Shown in pieces: positions 48,985 through 58,512 of a stretch of 64,000 nucleotides of DNA (position 1 is its first letter; the number at the start of each line of letters is the position of its first letter). The stretch covers positions 172,951-236,950 of the forward strand of contig JACRMV010000006.1 of NCBI GenBank assembly GCA_016235025.1. Direction: 5' to 3'. Under the pieces are notes generated by a model that worked only from the letters and a program-made list of their open reading frames with translations, ran no database searches and was not told the DNA's origin. The stretch is from Rhodocyclales bacterium (GTDB lineage Bacteria; Pseudomonadota; Gammaproteobacteria; Burkholderiales; Rhodocyclaceae). A program made the translations under genes and the position numbers.

Positions 48985-50658
48985 TTAACGCGGCAATTTC
49001 CTGGATTCCGGATGCTCGTCGGGCTCCTTCACCACAAACAGCAGCTTGGCAGTATCCAGCAACCCGGTCTCGGTCTCGAAAAGAGCAAGCAGCGAATGTG
49101 AAATCGCGTCATGCGAGTTCTTCCGCTCTTTCAGCGCCCTGGCACTTGCCAGATCAACGTCGGACGACTCCCCCGCCCAGAGCACGGCCGGAATCTCGAT
49201 CTGCTCTTTCGGCGCCAGCCGGTATGGCATGCCATGCAGATAGAGCCCGTTTTCTCCCAGCGACTCGCCATGATCGCTCATGTACAGCAGGGTCGTCTCG
49301 AATCTTGGCGTATTGGCCTTCAGCAACTGGATGGCCCGGGAGAGGAAATAGTCGGTATAGAGCACCGCATTGTCGTACGCATTGTTGATTTCCTCGGGCG
49401 TGCACGTCGCTAACTCGGCCGAACGGCAGGCCGGCTTGAAGCGCTCGAATTCGGGCGGATAGCGCTTGAAATAGGCTGGCCCGTGGTTGCCCATCTGGTG
49501 CAGGACAATCAGGATGTCGCCCTTTTGCGTATCGATGAATTCCTGCAGGCCATGCAACATGCCGACATCGCGGCATTCGCTGTCGCACAGCGGATTCTTT
49601 TGCGGATTTTTGAAATCCTCATACTGCAGTTTTGCGCTCAGACGTGAGGCAACACCCTTCGAATCCGAATTATTGTCGCGCCACAGGATGCTCACACCGA
49701 TGCGGCTCAGGATGTCGAGCACGTTCTCGGTATTTTTCGCCGTTTTGATGTCAAAATTCTCGCGCCCGCCCAGAGAGAACATGCAGGGCACCGAATCGGC
49801 GGTCGACGTGCCGCAGGAGGTGATGTTGGTATAGCTGACGAGACGATCTTCCTTTGCCAGCTCCGGGTTGGTATTGCGTGCGTAGCCGTTGAGCGAAAAC
49901 CTGTCACGGCGGGCTGTTTCGCCGACCACCATGATCACCAGTTCGTGGTGCGTGTCTGCCATCCTGATTTTCGCGTCGGGGGCCACCCGTACCAGGCTGG
50001 CCAAGGGCGCCGTTCCCGTTTCGGCCAGGAACCGGGCCAGCGAATAGACGGGATAAAGCGGATTCATGTAGAAACGAACCTGCTTGTGCTCACGAATGAA
50101 GCTGGCATAGTGGCCGCTGAACATGAACACGCACAGCACCATCACGACCACCGCGCCGAGACTGGTCTGCACTGCATAGCGCGCCTCGCGCAGACGGCTG
50201 GCGCGATATAGCGGCCAATGCCAAACCACCATGGCCGGGACAATACCGAGCAGGAGCAGGCGCAACAGGAAACGCACGTTCAGCAAGTCGGCTGCCTCCC
50301 TGGCGTTGGTCTCGACCGCATTCCTGATCATTCCGCTATCGATCACGACCCCGAACTGGTCGGTGAAATATCCGGTCACTGCGCCCAGCACGAGGAAGAT
50401 TCCGATCACTAGGCGAACCGGAAAAACAGCAGACAACACCGCCAGCAGCAGTGTCAGAGCACTGCCAAGAACGACAGTTACCGACAGCAGGAAACCGGCA
50501 TTGTCGGCGCCCCACGCATAGATGTCGGTCAGCTTGCCGAAGAAGGCAAGGTTGCCGGTTGCGGTCAGAAATGCCGCAGCAAGCAGCACCAGCCGGGTCG
50601 GCGTCAGGCTGTGTTGAGTGGTGCTGGTTGTCAAATTCAAACGATTAATCCTCTTCAA
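48985..50658 (-). CDS. eptA: Lipid A phosphoethanolamine transferase (EptA/MCR family)
   Basis: Five TM helices; VVGETAR, SCGTSTA, HQMGNHGP, YDNAV.YTD, SDHGES, LHGMPY; start uncertain. Confidence 0.92.
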   Translation of the reverse strand: MKRINRLNLTTSTTQHSLTPTRLVLLAAAFLTATGNLAFFGKLTDIYAWGADNAGFLLSVTVVLGSALTLLLAVLSAVFPVRLVIGIFLVLGAVTGYFTDQFGVVIDSGMIRNAVETNAREAADLLNVRFLLRLLLLGIVPAMVVWHWPLYRASRLREARYAVQTSLGAVVVMVLCVFMFSGHYASFIREHKQVRFYMNPLYPVYSLARFLAETGTAPLASLVRVAPDAKIRMADTHHELVIMVVGETARRDRFSLNGYARNTNPELAKEDRLVSYTNITSCGTSTADSVPCMFSLGGRENFDIKTAKNTENVLDILSRIGVSILWRDNNSDSKGVASRLSAKLQYEDFKNPQKNPLCDSECRDVGMLHGLQEFIDTQKGDILIVLHQMGNHGPAYFKRYPPEFERFKPACRSAELATCTPEEINNAYDNAVLYTDYFLSRAIQLLKANTPRFETTLLYMSDHGESLGENGLYLHGMPYRLAPKEQIEIPAVLWAGESSDVDLASARALKERKNSHDAISHSLLALFETETGLLDTAKLLFVVKEPDEHPESRKLPR

Positions 50659-50720
50659 TCACGGCGACTCGCCGGGTGCAGCGGGTACACACCGGCGAAG
50701 CAAAAATACCCGGACAGCCG

Positions 50721-50745
50721 CGCCGTCTCATCAGCGCCGACTTTT
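50721..50745 (-). repeat. Dispersed 25-bp motif, copy 9
   Basis: AAAAGTCGGCG-CTGATGAG-ACGGCG, overlapping the TAA of the ParA-like gene. Confidence 0.75.
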
Positions 50746-51370
50746 ATCCAGCCGTGCTCCAGGCAATCAGCGGTTGCCACTCGGCCCAGTCCTTTTCCGC
50801 ACGCGAGGCGGGCAGATCGAAGATGCTCGCCCCATGCGCCGCCGCCTGCACATAGTTCTGCGTATCGCGCAGGTGGGCTATGACCGGCAGGCCCGTATCG
50901 GCGAGGAAGCGCTCCAACTCACCGGCGGCGCGGGTGCGGGCATCGATGCGCATGGCAACGATGGCAACGAAGGCTTCATGCTTGCGCACCGCTTTTTCCT
51001 CTGCCAGTTGCAGGAGAAAGTCGCGCGTGGCGAGGATGTCGAAAATCGAGGCCTGCAACGGCACGATGACGCGCCTGACCTGCTTCAGCACCTGCGCCAG
51101 TTTCTTGCCATGCAGCCCGGCCGGCGTGTCGAGCACGGCATGGGTAGTGCCTTGTGGCGGCCGCGCCGGATGTCCGTCCGATATCTCCCAGCTGGCGATA
51201 TGCGGCAGCGCCGGCGAGCGCAGCCTCAGCCATTCACGCGATGACTGCTGGCGGTCGATATCCCCCAGCATGACGCGGTTTCCGGCGCGCGCCAGATAGC
51301 CGGCGAGATTGGTCGCCAGCGTGCTCTTGCCGACGCCGCCCTTGGGATTTGCAATCAGAAAGGATTCCAT
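50744..51370 (-). CDS. Short orphan ParA-family ATPase
   Basis: NPKGGVGKST, DIDRQ, VLDTP. Confidence 0.88.
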   Translation of the reverse strand: MESFLIANPKGGVGKSTLATNLAGYLARAGNRVMLGDIDRQQSSREWLRLRSPALPHIASWEISDGHPARPPQGTTHAVLDTPAGLHGKKLAQVLKQVRRVIVPLQASIFDILATRDFLLQLAEEKAVRKHEAFVAIVAMRIDARTRAAGELERFLADTGLPVIAHLRDTQNYVQAAAHGASIFDLPASRAEKDWAEWQPLIAWSTAG

Positions 51371-51374
51371 CGGT

Positions 51375-52364
51375 TTATGGTATCAGGATGGTCGAGCCGG
51401 TGGTCTTGCGCGCCGCCATGTCGCGATGCGCCTGCGCCGCGTCCTTGAGCGCATACGTCTGGTTGATTTCAATTTTCACCTGCCCCGACATCACCACGGC
51501 AAAGAGTTCCGCAGCCATGGCCAGCAGATCGGCGCGTGCGGCAGTGTAGGTGAACAAGGTCGGCCGCGTCAGGAACAAGGAGCCACGCCGCGCCAGCTCG
51601 CGCAGGTCGAGCGGCGGCACCGGCCCCGAGGCATTGCCGAAGCTGACCATCAATCCGAGTGGCTGCAAGCAGTCGAGCGAACCGGAGAAGCTGTCCTTGC
51701 CGACCGCGTCGTAGACCACCGGCACTCCCTGCCCGCCGGTGATTTCCTTAACCCGCGCGACAAAATCCTCCCGCGCCGTGACGATGACATGATCGCAACC
51801 ATGGGCACGTGCCACGTCCGCCTTCGCCTCTGTGCTGACCGTGCCGATCACTGTGGCGCCGAGCACTTTCGCCCATTGGCAGGCAATCAATCCAACACCG
51901 CCCGCAGCGGCATGAAACAGGATCGTATCGCCGGGCTTGACGCGGTAAGTGCGGCGCAACAGATACTGCGCCGTGAGGCCGCGCAACATCATCGCCGCCG
52001 CCGTCCTGGAATCGATGGCATCCGGCAGTTTCACCAGACGCCCGGCCGGCAGGTTGCGCACTTCGGCATAGGCGCCCACCGGTTGCAGTGGCCCGTCGGC
52101 GTACACCACCCGATCGCCCACCGCAAACTCTGTCACACCCGGCCCCACGGCTTCGACCACGCCGGCCGCTTCAAGACCGAGACCCGAGGGCAGGGGCAGC
52201 GGATAGAGGCCGCTGCGCTGATAGATGTCGATGAAATTGACGCCGATGGCCTGGTGGCGCACCCGCACTTCGTCCGGCACCGGCGCCGCATCACCAGCGC
52301 CGAGTTTTTCGAAGCACAGGACCTCCGGGCCGCCGCTCTGGTAAAAGCGGATCGCATGCGTCAT
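51375..52364 (-). CDS. qor: NADPH:quinone oxidoreductase (zeta-crystallin family)
   Basis: GVNFIDIYQRSG, HAAAGGVG, RGSLFLTRP. Confidence 0.93.
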   Translation of the reverse strand: MTHAIRFYQSGGPEVLCFEKLGAGDAAPVPDEVRVRHQAIGVNFIDIYQRSGLYPLPLPSGLGLEAAGVVEAVGPGVTEFAVGDRVVYADGPLQPVGAYAEVRNLPAGRLVKLPDAIDSRTAAAMMLRGLTAQYLLRRTYRVKPGDTILFHAAAGGVGLIACQWAKVLGATVIGTVSTEAKADVARAHGCDHVIVTAREDFVARVKEITGGQGVPVVYDAVGKDSFSGSLDCLQPLGLMVSFGNASGPVPPLDLRELARRGSLFLTRPTLFTYTAARADLLAMAAELFAVVMSGQVKIEINQTYALKDAAQAHRDMAARKTTGSTILIP

Positions 52365-52368
52365 GGAT

Positions 52369-54654
52369 TCAAGCTTTCACCGCGTTGGCATCGACGACAG
52401 CCAGTGCCGTCATATTGACCAGCCGGCGTACCGTGGCGGTCGGGGTCAGGATGTGCACCGGCCTGGCCGCACCGAGCAGAATCGGGCCGACGGTAATGCC
52501 ATCGCCATTGGACGCCTTGATCAGATTGAAGGCGATGTTGGCGGCGTCGAGATTGGGCATGATCAGCAGATTGGCTTCGCCCTTGAGCCGGCAACCGGGA
52601 TAGGCCCGCTCGCGTATCGCCTGCGACAGCGCCGCATCGCCATGCATTTCGCCATCCACCTCGAGTTCTGGCGCGCGTGCCTCGATCAGGCGCCGCGCTT
52701 CGGCCATTTTCTGCGCCGATGCCGAACGAATGCTGCCGAAGTTGGAATGCGACAGCAGCGCCGCCTTGGGCGTGAGGCCGAAACGCCGCACTTCCTCGGC
52801 AGCCATCAGCGCAATCTCGGCCACCAGTTCTGCCGATGGGTTTTCATTGACATAGGTATCGCAAATGAACAGCGTGCGCTGCGGCAGCAGTAGCAGGTTC
52901 ATCGCTGCAAAGTTATGCGCCTGCGGCTTGAGGCCAATCACATCGGCCACATGGCGAAGATGATGGGCATGCTGGCCAACCGTGCCGCAGATCATCGCAT
53001 CGACATCGCCGCGCCGCAGCAGCATGGCGCCGATCAGTGTCGTATCCGAGCGCAGCAACTGCCGCGCCAGCGCCGGAGTCACGCCCTGGCGCCCCATCAG
53101 TTGATGATAATCTTGCCACAACTCCTTGTAGCGCGGATCGGAGTCGGGGTTGACCACGTCAAAATCGGTTTCCGGTCGCAGCCGCAAGCCCGCCGCCTGG
53201 ATTCGCTGGGCGATGATTCCGGGGCGGCCAATCACTACCGGTCGGCCCATGCCTTCATCGGCCACAACCTGCACCGCACGCAACACGCGCTCATCCTCGC
53301 CCTCGCAATAGATCACGCGGCGCGGCGCTTTTTTCGCCGCCTCGAACACCGGCTTCATGATGAAGCCGGAGTGGTAAACAAAGTTGTTGAGCCGGTCGCG
53401 ATAGGCGCCGAAATCAGTGATCGGGCGCGTGGCCACACCCGAATCCATCGCCGCCTTCGCTACTGCTGGCGCGATCTTGACGATCAGGCGTGGATCGAAT
53501 GGACGCGGAATCAGGTATTCGCGGCCGAATGAAAGGCTCTCGTCACCATAGGCTATCGCCACCACATCAGAAGCCTCGACCTGCGCCAGTTCGGCAAGCG
53601 CATGCACGGCCGCAAGCTGCATCGCCTCGTTGATGGTGGTCGCCCCGACATCCAGCGCGCCGCGGAAGATAAACGGGAAGCACAACACGTTATTGACCTG
53701 GTTCGGATAGTCCGAACGACCGGTGGAGACAATGGCGTCGGCACGTACCTGGCGCACTTCCTCGGGCATGATTTCCGGCGTCGGATTGGCCAACGCCATG
53801 ACCAGCGGATCGGGCGCCATCTTCGCCACCATCTCCGGCTTCAATACCCCGCCGGCGGAAAGCCCGAGAAACACGTCGGCGCCCTCGATCACCTCGGCCA
53901 GCGTCCGCGCGGAGGTGGCCTTGGCATAGCGCGCCTTGACCGGATCCATCAGCTTGACACGGCCCTCATACACCAGGCCTTCGATATCGGTGACCCAGAT
54001 GTTCTCCACCCGGATGCCGAGCGACACCAGCAACTCGAGGCAGGACAAGGCTGCCGCACCGGCGCCCGAGGTCACCAGCTTGACCGTGTCGAGTTTTTTC
54101 CCGACCAGTCTCAGGCCGTTCAAAATCGCGGCGCTGACGACGACGGCCGTACCGTGCTGATCATCGTGAAACACCGGAATCTTCATCCGCTCACGCAACT
54201 TCTGCTCGATGTAAAAGCACTCCGGCGCCTTGATGTCTTCCAGGTTGATGCCGCCGAACGTCGGTTCCATTGCCGCGATGGCGTCGACCAGTTTGTCCGG
54301 ATCAGGCTGTTCGAGCTCGATATCGAACACATCGATGCCAGCGAATTTCTTGAACAGCACGGCCTTGCCTTCCATCACCGGCTTGGCCGCCAGCGGCCCA
54401 ATATTGCCCAGCCCCAGCACCGCCGTGCCGTTGGTTACCACCCCCACCAGATTGGCGCGGGCCGTCAGCCGGTTGACCTGCTCCGGCTCTGCGACGATGG
54501 CATTGCAGGCCGCCGCCACACCGGGGGAATAAGCCAGCCCCAGGTCGCGTTGATTGGTCAGTCCCTTGGTTGGCACCACCGCAATCTTTCCTGCGGTCGG
54601 GAAGGCATGGTATTCGAGAGCGGCAGCGGCGAGATTTTCCTGGATGGATGACAT
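52369..54654 (-). CDS. maeB: NADP-dependent malic enzyme with PTA-like domain
   Basis: [35 protein letters not shown]-terminal VGPILLG. Confidence 0.96.
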   Translation of the reverse strand: MSSIQENLAAAALEYHAFPTAGKIAVVPTKGLTNQRDLGLAYSPGVAAACNAIVAEPEQVNRLTARANLVGVVTNGTAVLGLGNIGPLAAKPVMEGKAVLFKKFAGIDVFDIELEQPDPDKLVDAIAAMEPTFGGINLEDIKAPECFYIEQKLRERMKIPVFHDDQHGTAVVVSAAILNGLRLVGKKLDTVKLVTSGAGAAALSCLELLVSLGIRVENIWVTDIEGLVYEGRVKLMDPVKARYAKATSARTLAEVIEGADVFLGLSAGGVLKPEMVAKMAPDPLVMALANPTPEIMPEEVRQVRADAIVSTGRSDYPNQVNNVLCFPFIFRGALDVGATTINEAMQLAAVHALAELAQVEASDVVAIAYGDESLSFGREYLIPRPFDPRLIVKIAPAVAKAAMDSGVATRPITDFGAYRDRLNNFVYHSGFIMKPVFEAAKKAPRRVIYCEGEDERVLRAVQVVADEGMGRPVVIGRPGIIAQRIQAAGLRLRPETDFDVVNPDSDPRYKELWQDYHQLMGRQGVTPALARQLLRSDTTLIGAMLLRRGDVDAMICGTVGQHAHHLRHVADVIGLKPQAHNFAAMNLLLLPQRTLFICDTYVNENPSAELVAEIALMAAEEVRRFGLTPKAALLSHSNFGSIRSASAQKMAEARRLIEARAPELEVDGEMHGDAALSQAIRERAYPGCRLKGEANLLIMPNLDAANIAFNLIKASNGDGITVGPILLGAARPVHILTPTATVRRLVNMTALAVVDANAVKA

Positions 54655-54775
54655 GAAATACCCTTGGATACGATACTGAAAAAGACGTCATGATAAACCC
54701 GTCAGGGGCGGAACAGGTTCCAAAAGACAATGCCAGTCTGTGGCAGAATCCGTCCATCCACTTGCGGAGACCATC

Positions 54776-55582
54776 ATGAAACGTGTCGTTTTCAATCAAA
54801 AGGGCGGCGTCGGGAAAAGTACCATCACCTGCAACCTGGCGGCCATCAGTGCCGCGCGCGGCACACGCACGCTGGTGGTCGATCTCGATCCCCAATCCAA
54901 TTCGACGCACTATCTGCTGGGATCCGCCGCCAACAACCTGGAAAACACGGCGACCGGCTTCTTTGACCAGATGTTGAATTTCAAGCTGCGGCCGCTGCCG
55001 ACCGAAGACTTCATCGTCGCCACACCGTTCGAAAACCTGTCGTTGCTGCCGGCCGATGCCGCCTTGGAGGAATTGCAGGCCAAGCTTGAATCGCGCTACA
55101 AGATCTACAAGCTGCGCGAAGCGCTCGACGCGCTCGACGAGTTCGATGAAATCTGGATCGACACGCCACCCGCGCTGCACTTCTATACCCGCTCGGCGCT
55201 GATCGCGGCCGATGCCTGCCTGATCCCCTTCGACTGCGACGAATTCGCCCGCCGCGCGCTCTACAGCCTGCTCGACAACGTCACCGAAATTCAAGCCGAT
55301 CACAACGCCGATCTGATCGTCGAGGGCATCATCGTCAACCAGTTCCAGTCGCGGGCGACCTTGCCCCAGGCAATCGTCGAAGAGCTACGCAGCGAAGGGC
55401 TGCCGGTGCTGGCCGCCATGCTTTCCTCCTCGGTCAAAATCAAGGAATCCCACCAGCAGGCGCTGCCGATGATCCACCTCGACCGCAACCACAAGCTGAC
55501 GAATGAATATCTCAGCCTGTTCGACGAGCTCGAAGCGGCGCGCGCTGCGCGCGCCACAGCCGCCACAAAGAAGCGCGCATGA
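54776..55582 (+). CDS. Orphan ParA-family ATPase
   Basis: FNQKGGVGKST, DLDPQSN, IDTPP. Confidence 0.9.
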   Translation: MKRVVFNQKGGVGKSTITCNLAAISAARGTRTLVVDLDPQSNSTHYLLGSAANNLENTATGFFDQMLNFKLRPLPTEDFIVATPFENLSLLPADAALEELQAKLESRYKIYKLREALDALDEFDEIWIDTPPALHFYTRSALIAADACLIPFDCDEFARRALYSLLDNVTEIQADHNADLIVEGIIVNQFQSRATLPQAIVEELRSEGLPVLAAMLSSSVKIKESHQQALPMIHLDRNHKLTNEYLSLFDELEAARAARATAATKKRA

Positions 55583-55623
55583 AATAAACGCACTCTGCAG
55601 GTGCAAGCGTTTCAGGTCCGGCT

Positions 55624-55648
55624 CGCCGTCTCGTCAACACCGACTTTT
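55624..55648 (-). repeat. Dispersed 25-bp motif, copy 10
   Basis: AAAAGTCGGTG-TTGACGAG-ACGGCG between convergent genes. Confidence 0.75.
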
Positions 55649-55741
55649 AGCGTACTGGCGAAACACCGGGAGGAAACAGAGGACAGGAAACTGCCCGCCC
55701 TCATTGCTCCCGCCCACTTCGGTCCAGAGCTGATACCAAGA

Positions 55742-56110
55742 CTACGCACTCACAGGCTTGGGCACTCCGGTGTAATCCGTGATCGCCCACACCAGCAGGA
55801 CCACCACGCCCATGGCCAAATAAAACATCTGGGCATTTCCGGTGAAACCAAGCAGCCATGGCACGGCAAGCAACGCCGGGCCAACAACCATTTCGATAAG
55901 ACCATGCAAGCGGAACGGAATGACAGGCCACATGCCTCCGGGGAATGCCGTCAGCAACGTTACCGTCAAGTGTACACCGGCCAGCAAGTAGCTCAGGATG
56001 GCTGCCACGCCAGAAAGTCCAAGAAGCGTGGGCGCGGTCGCGAAAATAATGACAGTAAGATAGTCCAGCCAGGTATGTTGCGAAGGGGTTAGTTTCATGA
56101 TTGCGTTCAC
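55742..56110 (-). CDS. Small four-TM membrane protein (SPW-repeat-like)
   Basis: H..LDY..AP.L.G and H...E....LL..PWLLGF duplicated halves. Confidence 0.7.
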   Translation of the reverse strand: MNAIMKLTPSQHTWLDYLTVIIFATAPTLLGLSGVAAILSYLLAGVHLTVTLLTAFPGGMWPVIPFRLHGLIEMVVGPALLAVPWLLGFTGNAQMFYLAMGVVVLLVWAITDYTGVPKPVSA

Positions 56111-56159
56111 TCCTGAAAATTGAAGGCCTCAAAATGAGCAACGGTGTGCTCGGAAGTGG

Positions 56160-56202
56160 ACGCTACAGGAAACCCGCGGCGACTTTTGTCACCTATCTAA
56201 CA
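56160..56202 (-). promoter_or_regulatory. Crp-type box with -10 element in class II geometry
   Basis: TGTTA-GATAGG-TGACA (56187-56202) centred 29.5 nt upstream of TAGCGT (56165-56160), i.e. at -41.5. Confidence 0.5.
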
Positions 56203-56820
56203 GTGATCTGCCGATACCCATGCATCGCCTACTTCGACTCGGCGGCGCAAAAGTTCCGGCCGCACGCAAAGCTGTTGCGCCGTGTAATCGAGCAGGCCTT
56301 GTTCCTTGAATCTGTTCAGCACCTGGCTGACGACAGGACGGCTGGCGCAAACGATGTCGGCGAGTTCCTGCTGTGTCAGCAGGATTTCGAGCGAATAACC
56401 ATGGGAACAGGGTACATTGAACTGGCTGGACAGATCGCACAGGATGCGGATCACCCGTTGCTCGACCGTCTCATTGACCTGGCTGACCAGCCGATCCTTG
56501 AGCCGTGACTCCCGGCGTATCAAGGCCTGAACCAGACGCGCATCCGGTACAGGCACAGCCCCGTTTTCTGTCGCCGCTGATAGCAGCCTGGTGCAGCGCA
56601 CCTCGTTCAGGGCCACGGCTTCCTCGGTCGCGCTCCATGCGGATGGTGCAGAAAGATTCCCTATGACTTCCCTGGCGCCGACAATATCGATAACGACCAC
56701 ACGACCATCGGCAAACAACCGCCGCAAGCAAACCAGACCGGTATCGATGAGCAGAGGCGCTGCGACTTTTTCACGTTGCCGATAGATCACCGCGTGTTCC
56801 GCGAAAATCAAATGGGGCAT
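56197..56820 (-). CDS. Crp/Fnr-family transcriptional regulator
   Basis: cNMP-like beta-roll and HTH LTQQELADIVCASRPVVSQVLN; start MPHLIF, 5 nt after the GFA stop. Confidence 0.85.
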   Translation of the reverse strand: MPHLIFAEHAVIYRQREKVAAPLLIDTGLVCLRRLFADGRVVVIDIVGAREVIGNLSAPSAWSATEEAVALNEVRCTRLLSAATENGAVPVPDARLVQALIRRESRLKDRLVSQVNETVEQRVIRILCDLSSQFNVPCSHGYSLEILLTQQELADIVCASRPVVSQVLNRFKEQGLLDYTAQQLCVRPELLRRRVEVGDAWVSADHC

Positions 56821-56825
56821 GAGAT

Positions 56826-57239
56826 TCAGGCCGGCGGATTCCCCGCTATGCAGGGGATAGACTCGTCCATCTTCACCCACGGCTGGGCGGAAGTGCACCA
56901 GATGTTCATCTGCGGCTTGAGCCACGACGTGTCATCGAGTGTACCGGCCTTGAGAAAGTCCATCGTCGGCATCGCATCCACCTCGGTCACGATCGGCGAT
57001 CCGCAGTTCGCGCAGAAGCGGCGAAAAACCGGCAAGCCACTGTCGCCGACATCCTGGTAGGTGGCCGGTTGCCCGGTTTCGAAAACCAGCGATCCCTTCG
57101 GCACAGCAACAACAATCGAAAACGCAGTGCCGGTCTGGCGCTGGCAGTGCTTGCAATGGCAGATCGCCGTCATCAGCGGTGCGGCAGCCGACGTATAACG
57201 AATGGCGCCACACAAACATTGGCCGTGAATTTTCTCCAT
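56826..57239 (-). CDS. GFA/CENP-V family Zn protein
   Basis: GQCLCG, CHCKHCQR, RRFCANCGSP. Confidence 0.9.
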   Translation of the reverse strand: MEKIHGQCLCGAIRYTSAAAPLMTAICHCKHCQRQTGTAFSIVVAVPKGSLVFETGQPATYQDVGDSGLPVFRRFCANCGSPIVTEVDAMPTMDFLKAGTLDDTSWLKPQMNIWCTSAQPWVKMDESIPCIAGNPPA

Positions 57240-57305
57240 GCTTCCTCTCCTCGCAGGTTATGTGTTATTTGTGCTGCGCGGTGATTCCAGCACCGGTATC
57301 CGCCG

Positions 57306-58394
57306 TCAGGTATTTTTTATCACAATATTGGGAAATTTGCTGCTGTGATCCTGTGCCCGCTCCGCCAGCTTGACGGCGACGCGGCGTGCGATCGTGGCAT
57401 AGATTTCGGCGATGCGGCCCTGCGGCTCGGCCGCCACGGTCGGATTTCCGGCATCCGCCTGGACACGAATCGCCATATCGAGCGGCAAGGCGCCGAGCAT
57501 CTCGATGCCGTAGTCCTGCGCCATGCGCTCGCCGCCGCCAGTGCCGAAAATGTGCTCTTCGTGGCCGCACTTCGAACAGATATGGATGCTCATGTTTTCC
57601 ACCACACCGAGAATCGGCACGCCGACTTTTTCGAACATCTTGAGCCCCTTCCGCGCATCGAGCAGCGCGATGTCCTGCGGCGTGGTGACGATCACCGCGC
57701 CGGTGACCGGCACCTGTTGCGACAGGGTGAGCTGGATGTCGCCGGTGCCCGGTGGCATGTCGATGATCAGGTAATCCACATCGCGCCAGCGGGTTTCGGT
57801 CAAAAGCTGCGTCAGCGCCTGGGTCACCATCGGCCCGCGCCAGACCATCGGCTGCTCCGGGTCGATCAGCAGGCCGATCGACATGGCTTGCACCCCATGC
57901 GCGACCATCGGCTCCAGGCCGCGGTTTTCTGCGGCTTCGGGCTGATCGCGAATACCCAGCATCTGCGGCAGCGACGGGCCGTAGATATCCGCATCGAGAA
58001 TGCCGACACTGGCCCCCTCCTTTGCCAGCGCCAGCGCCAGATTCACCGCCGTGGTGGACTTGCCGACGCCGCCCTTGCCGGAAGCCACGGCGATGATGTT
58101 CTTGACACCCGGAATCAGCTTGACGCCGCGCTGCACGGCGTGGGTAACGATTTTGGAATAGACATTGACACTGATGTTGCCGATGCCGGGAACCGTTTTC
58201 AGTTGCGCGATGATGGCGGCACGCAACGTATCGATCTGGCTTTGCGCCGGATAACCCAGTTCGACGTCGAGCGCCACATCGTTGCCGGAAACGCGGATGT
58301 TTTTCGCACTGCGCGTGGTAACGAAATCCTTGCCGGTATTGGGATCGACGACGGCCTTGAGCGCGGCCTGGATGCTTTGTTCGGTGATGGTCAT
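57306..58394 (-). CDS. apbC: Fe-S cluster carrier ATPase ApbC/Mrp
   Basis: SGKGGVGKST, WRGPM, DMPPGTGD, VENMS..CSKC. Confidence 0.96.
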   Translation of the reverse strand: MTITEQSIQAALKAVVDPNTGKDFVTTRSAKNIRVSGNDVALDVELGYPAQSQIDTLRAAIIAQLKTVPGIGNISVNVYSKIVTHAVQRGVKLIPGVKNIIAVASGKGGVGKSTTAVNLALALAKEGASVGILDADIYGPSLPQMLGIRDQPEAAENRGLEPMVAHGVQAMSIGLLIDPEQPMVWRGPMVTQALTQLLTETRWRDVDYLIIDMPPGTGDIQLTLSQQVPVTGAVIVTTPQDIALLDARKGLKMFEKVGVPILGVVENMSIHICSKCGHEEHIFGTGGGERMAQDYGIEMLGALPLDMAIRVQADAGNPTVAAEPQGRIAEIYATIARRVAVKLAERAQDHSSKFPNIVIKNT

Positions 58395-58512
58395 GAAACG
58401 GTATCCGTGAGTATGAAAAGTTGGGAAATTACTTGACTAAACCGCTACAGTATAGCTTCGTCGGGGCTCGTGGCGTGCCTTTGCTAAACTGCTCCGTTAG
58501 TCGAATTTTCTC

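Noticed and set aside
56120-56151. TTGA-N5-TCAA and GAGCA-N6-TGCTC palindromes upstream of the SPW-like gene
   Set aside because: Wrong spacing for FNR; the second has no matching promoter geometry, unlike the 56187-56202 box.
57620-57630. Exact motif core in apbC, and AAAAGTCGCCG near 56178-56188
   Set aside because: No phased RCGG tail; the apbC case is explained by conserved EKVGV codons.
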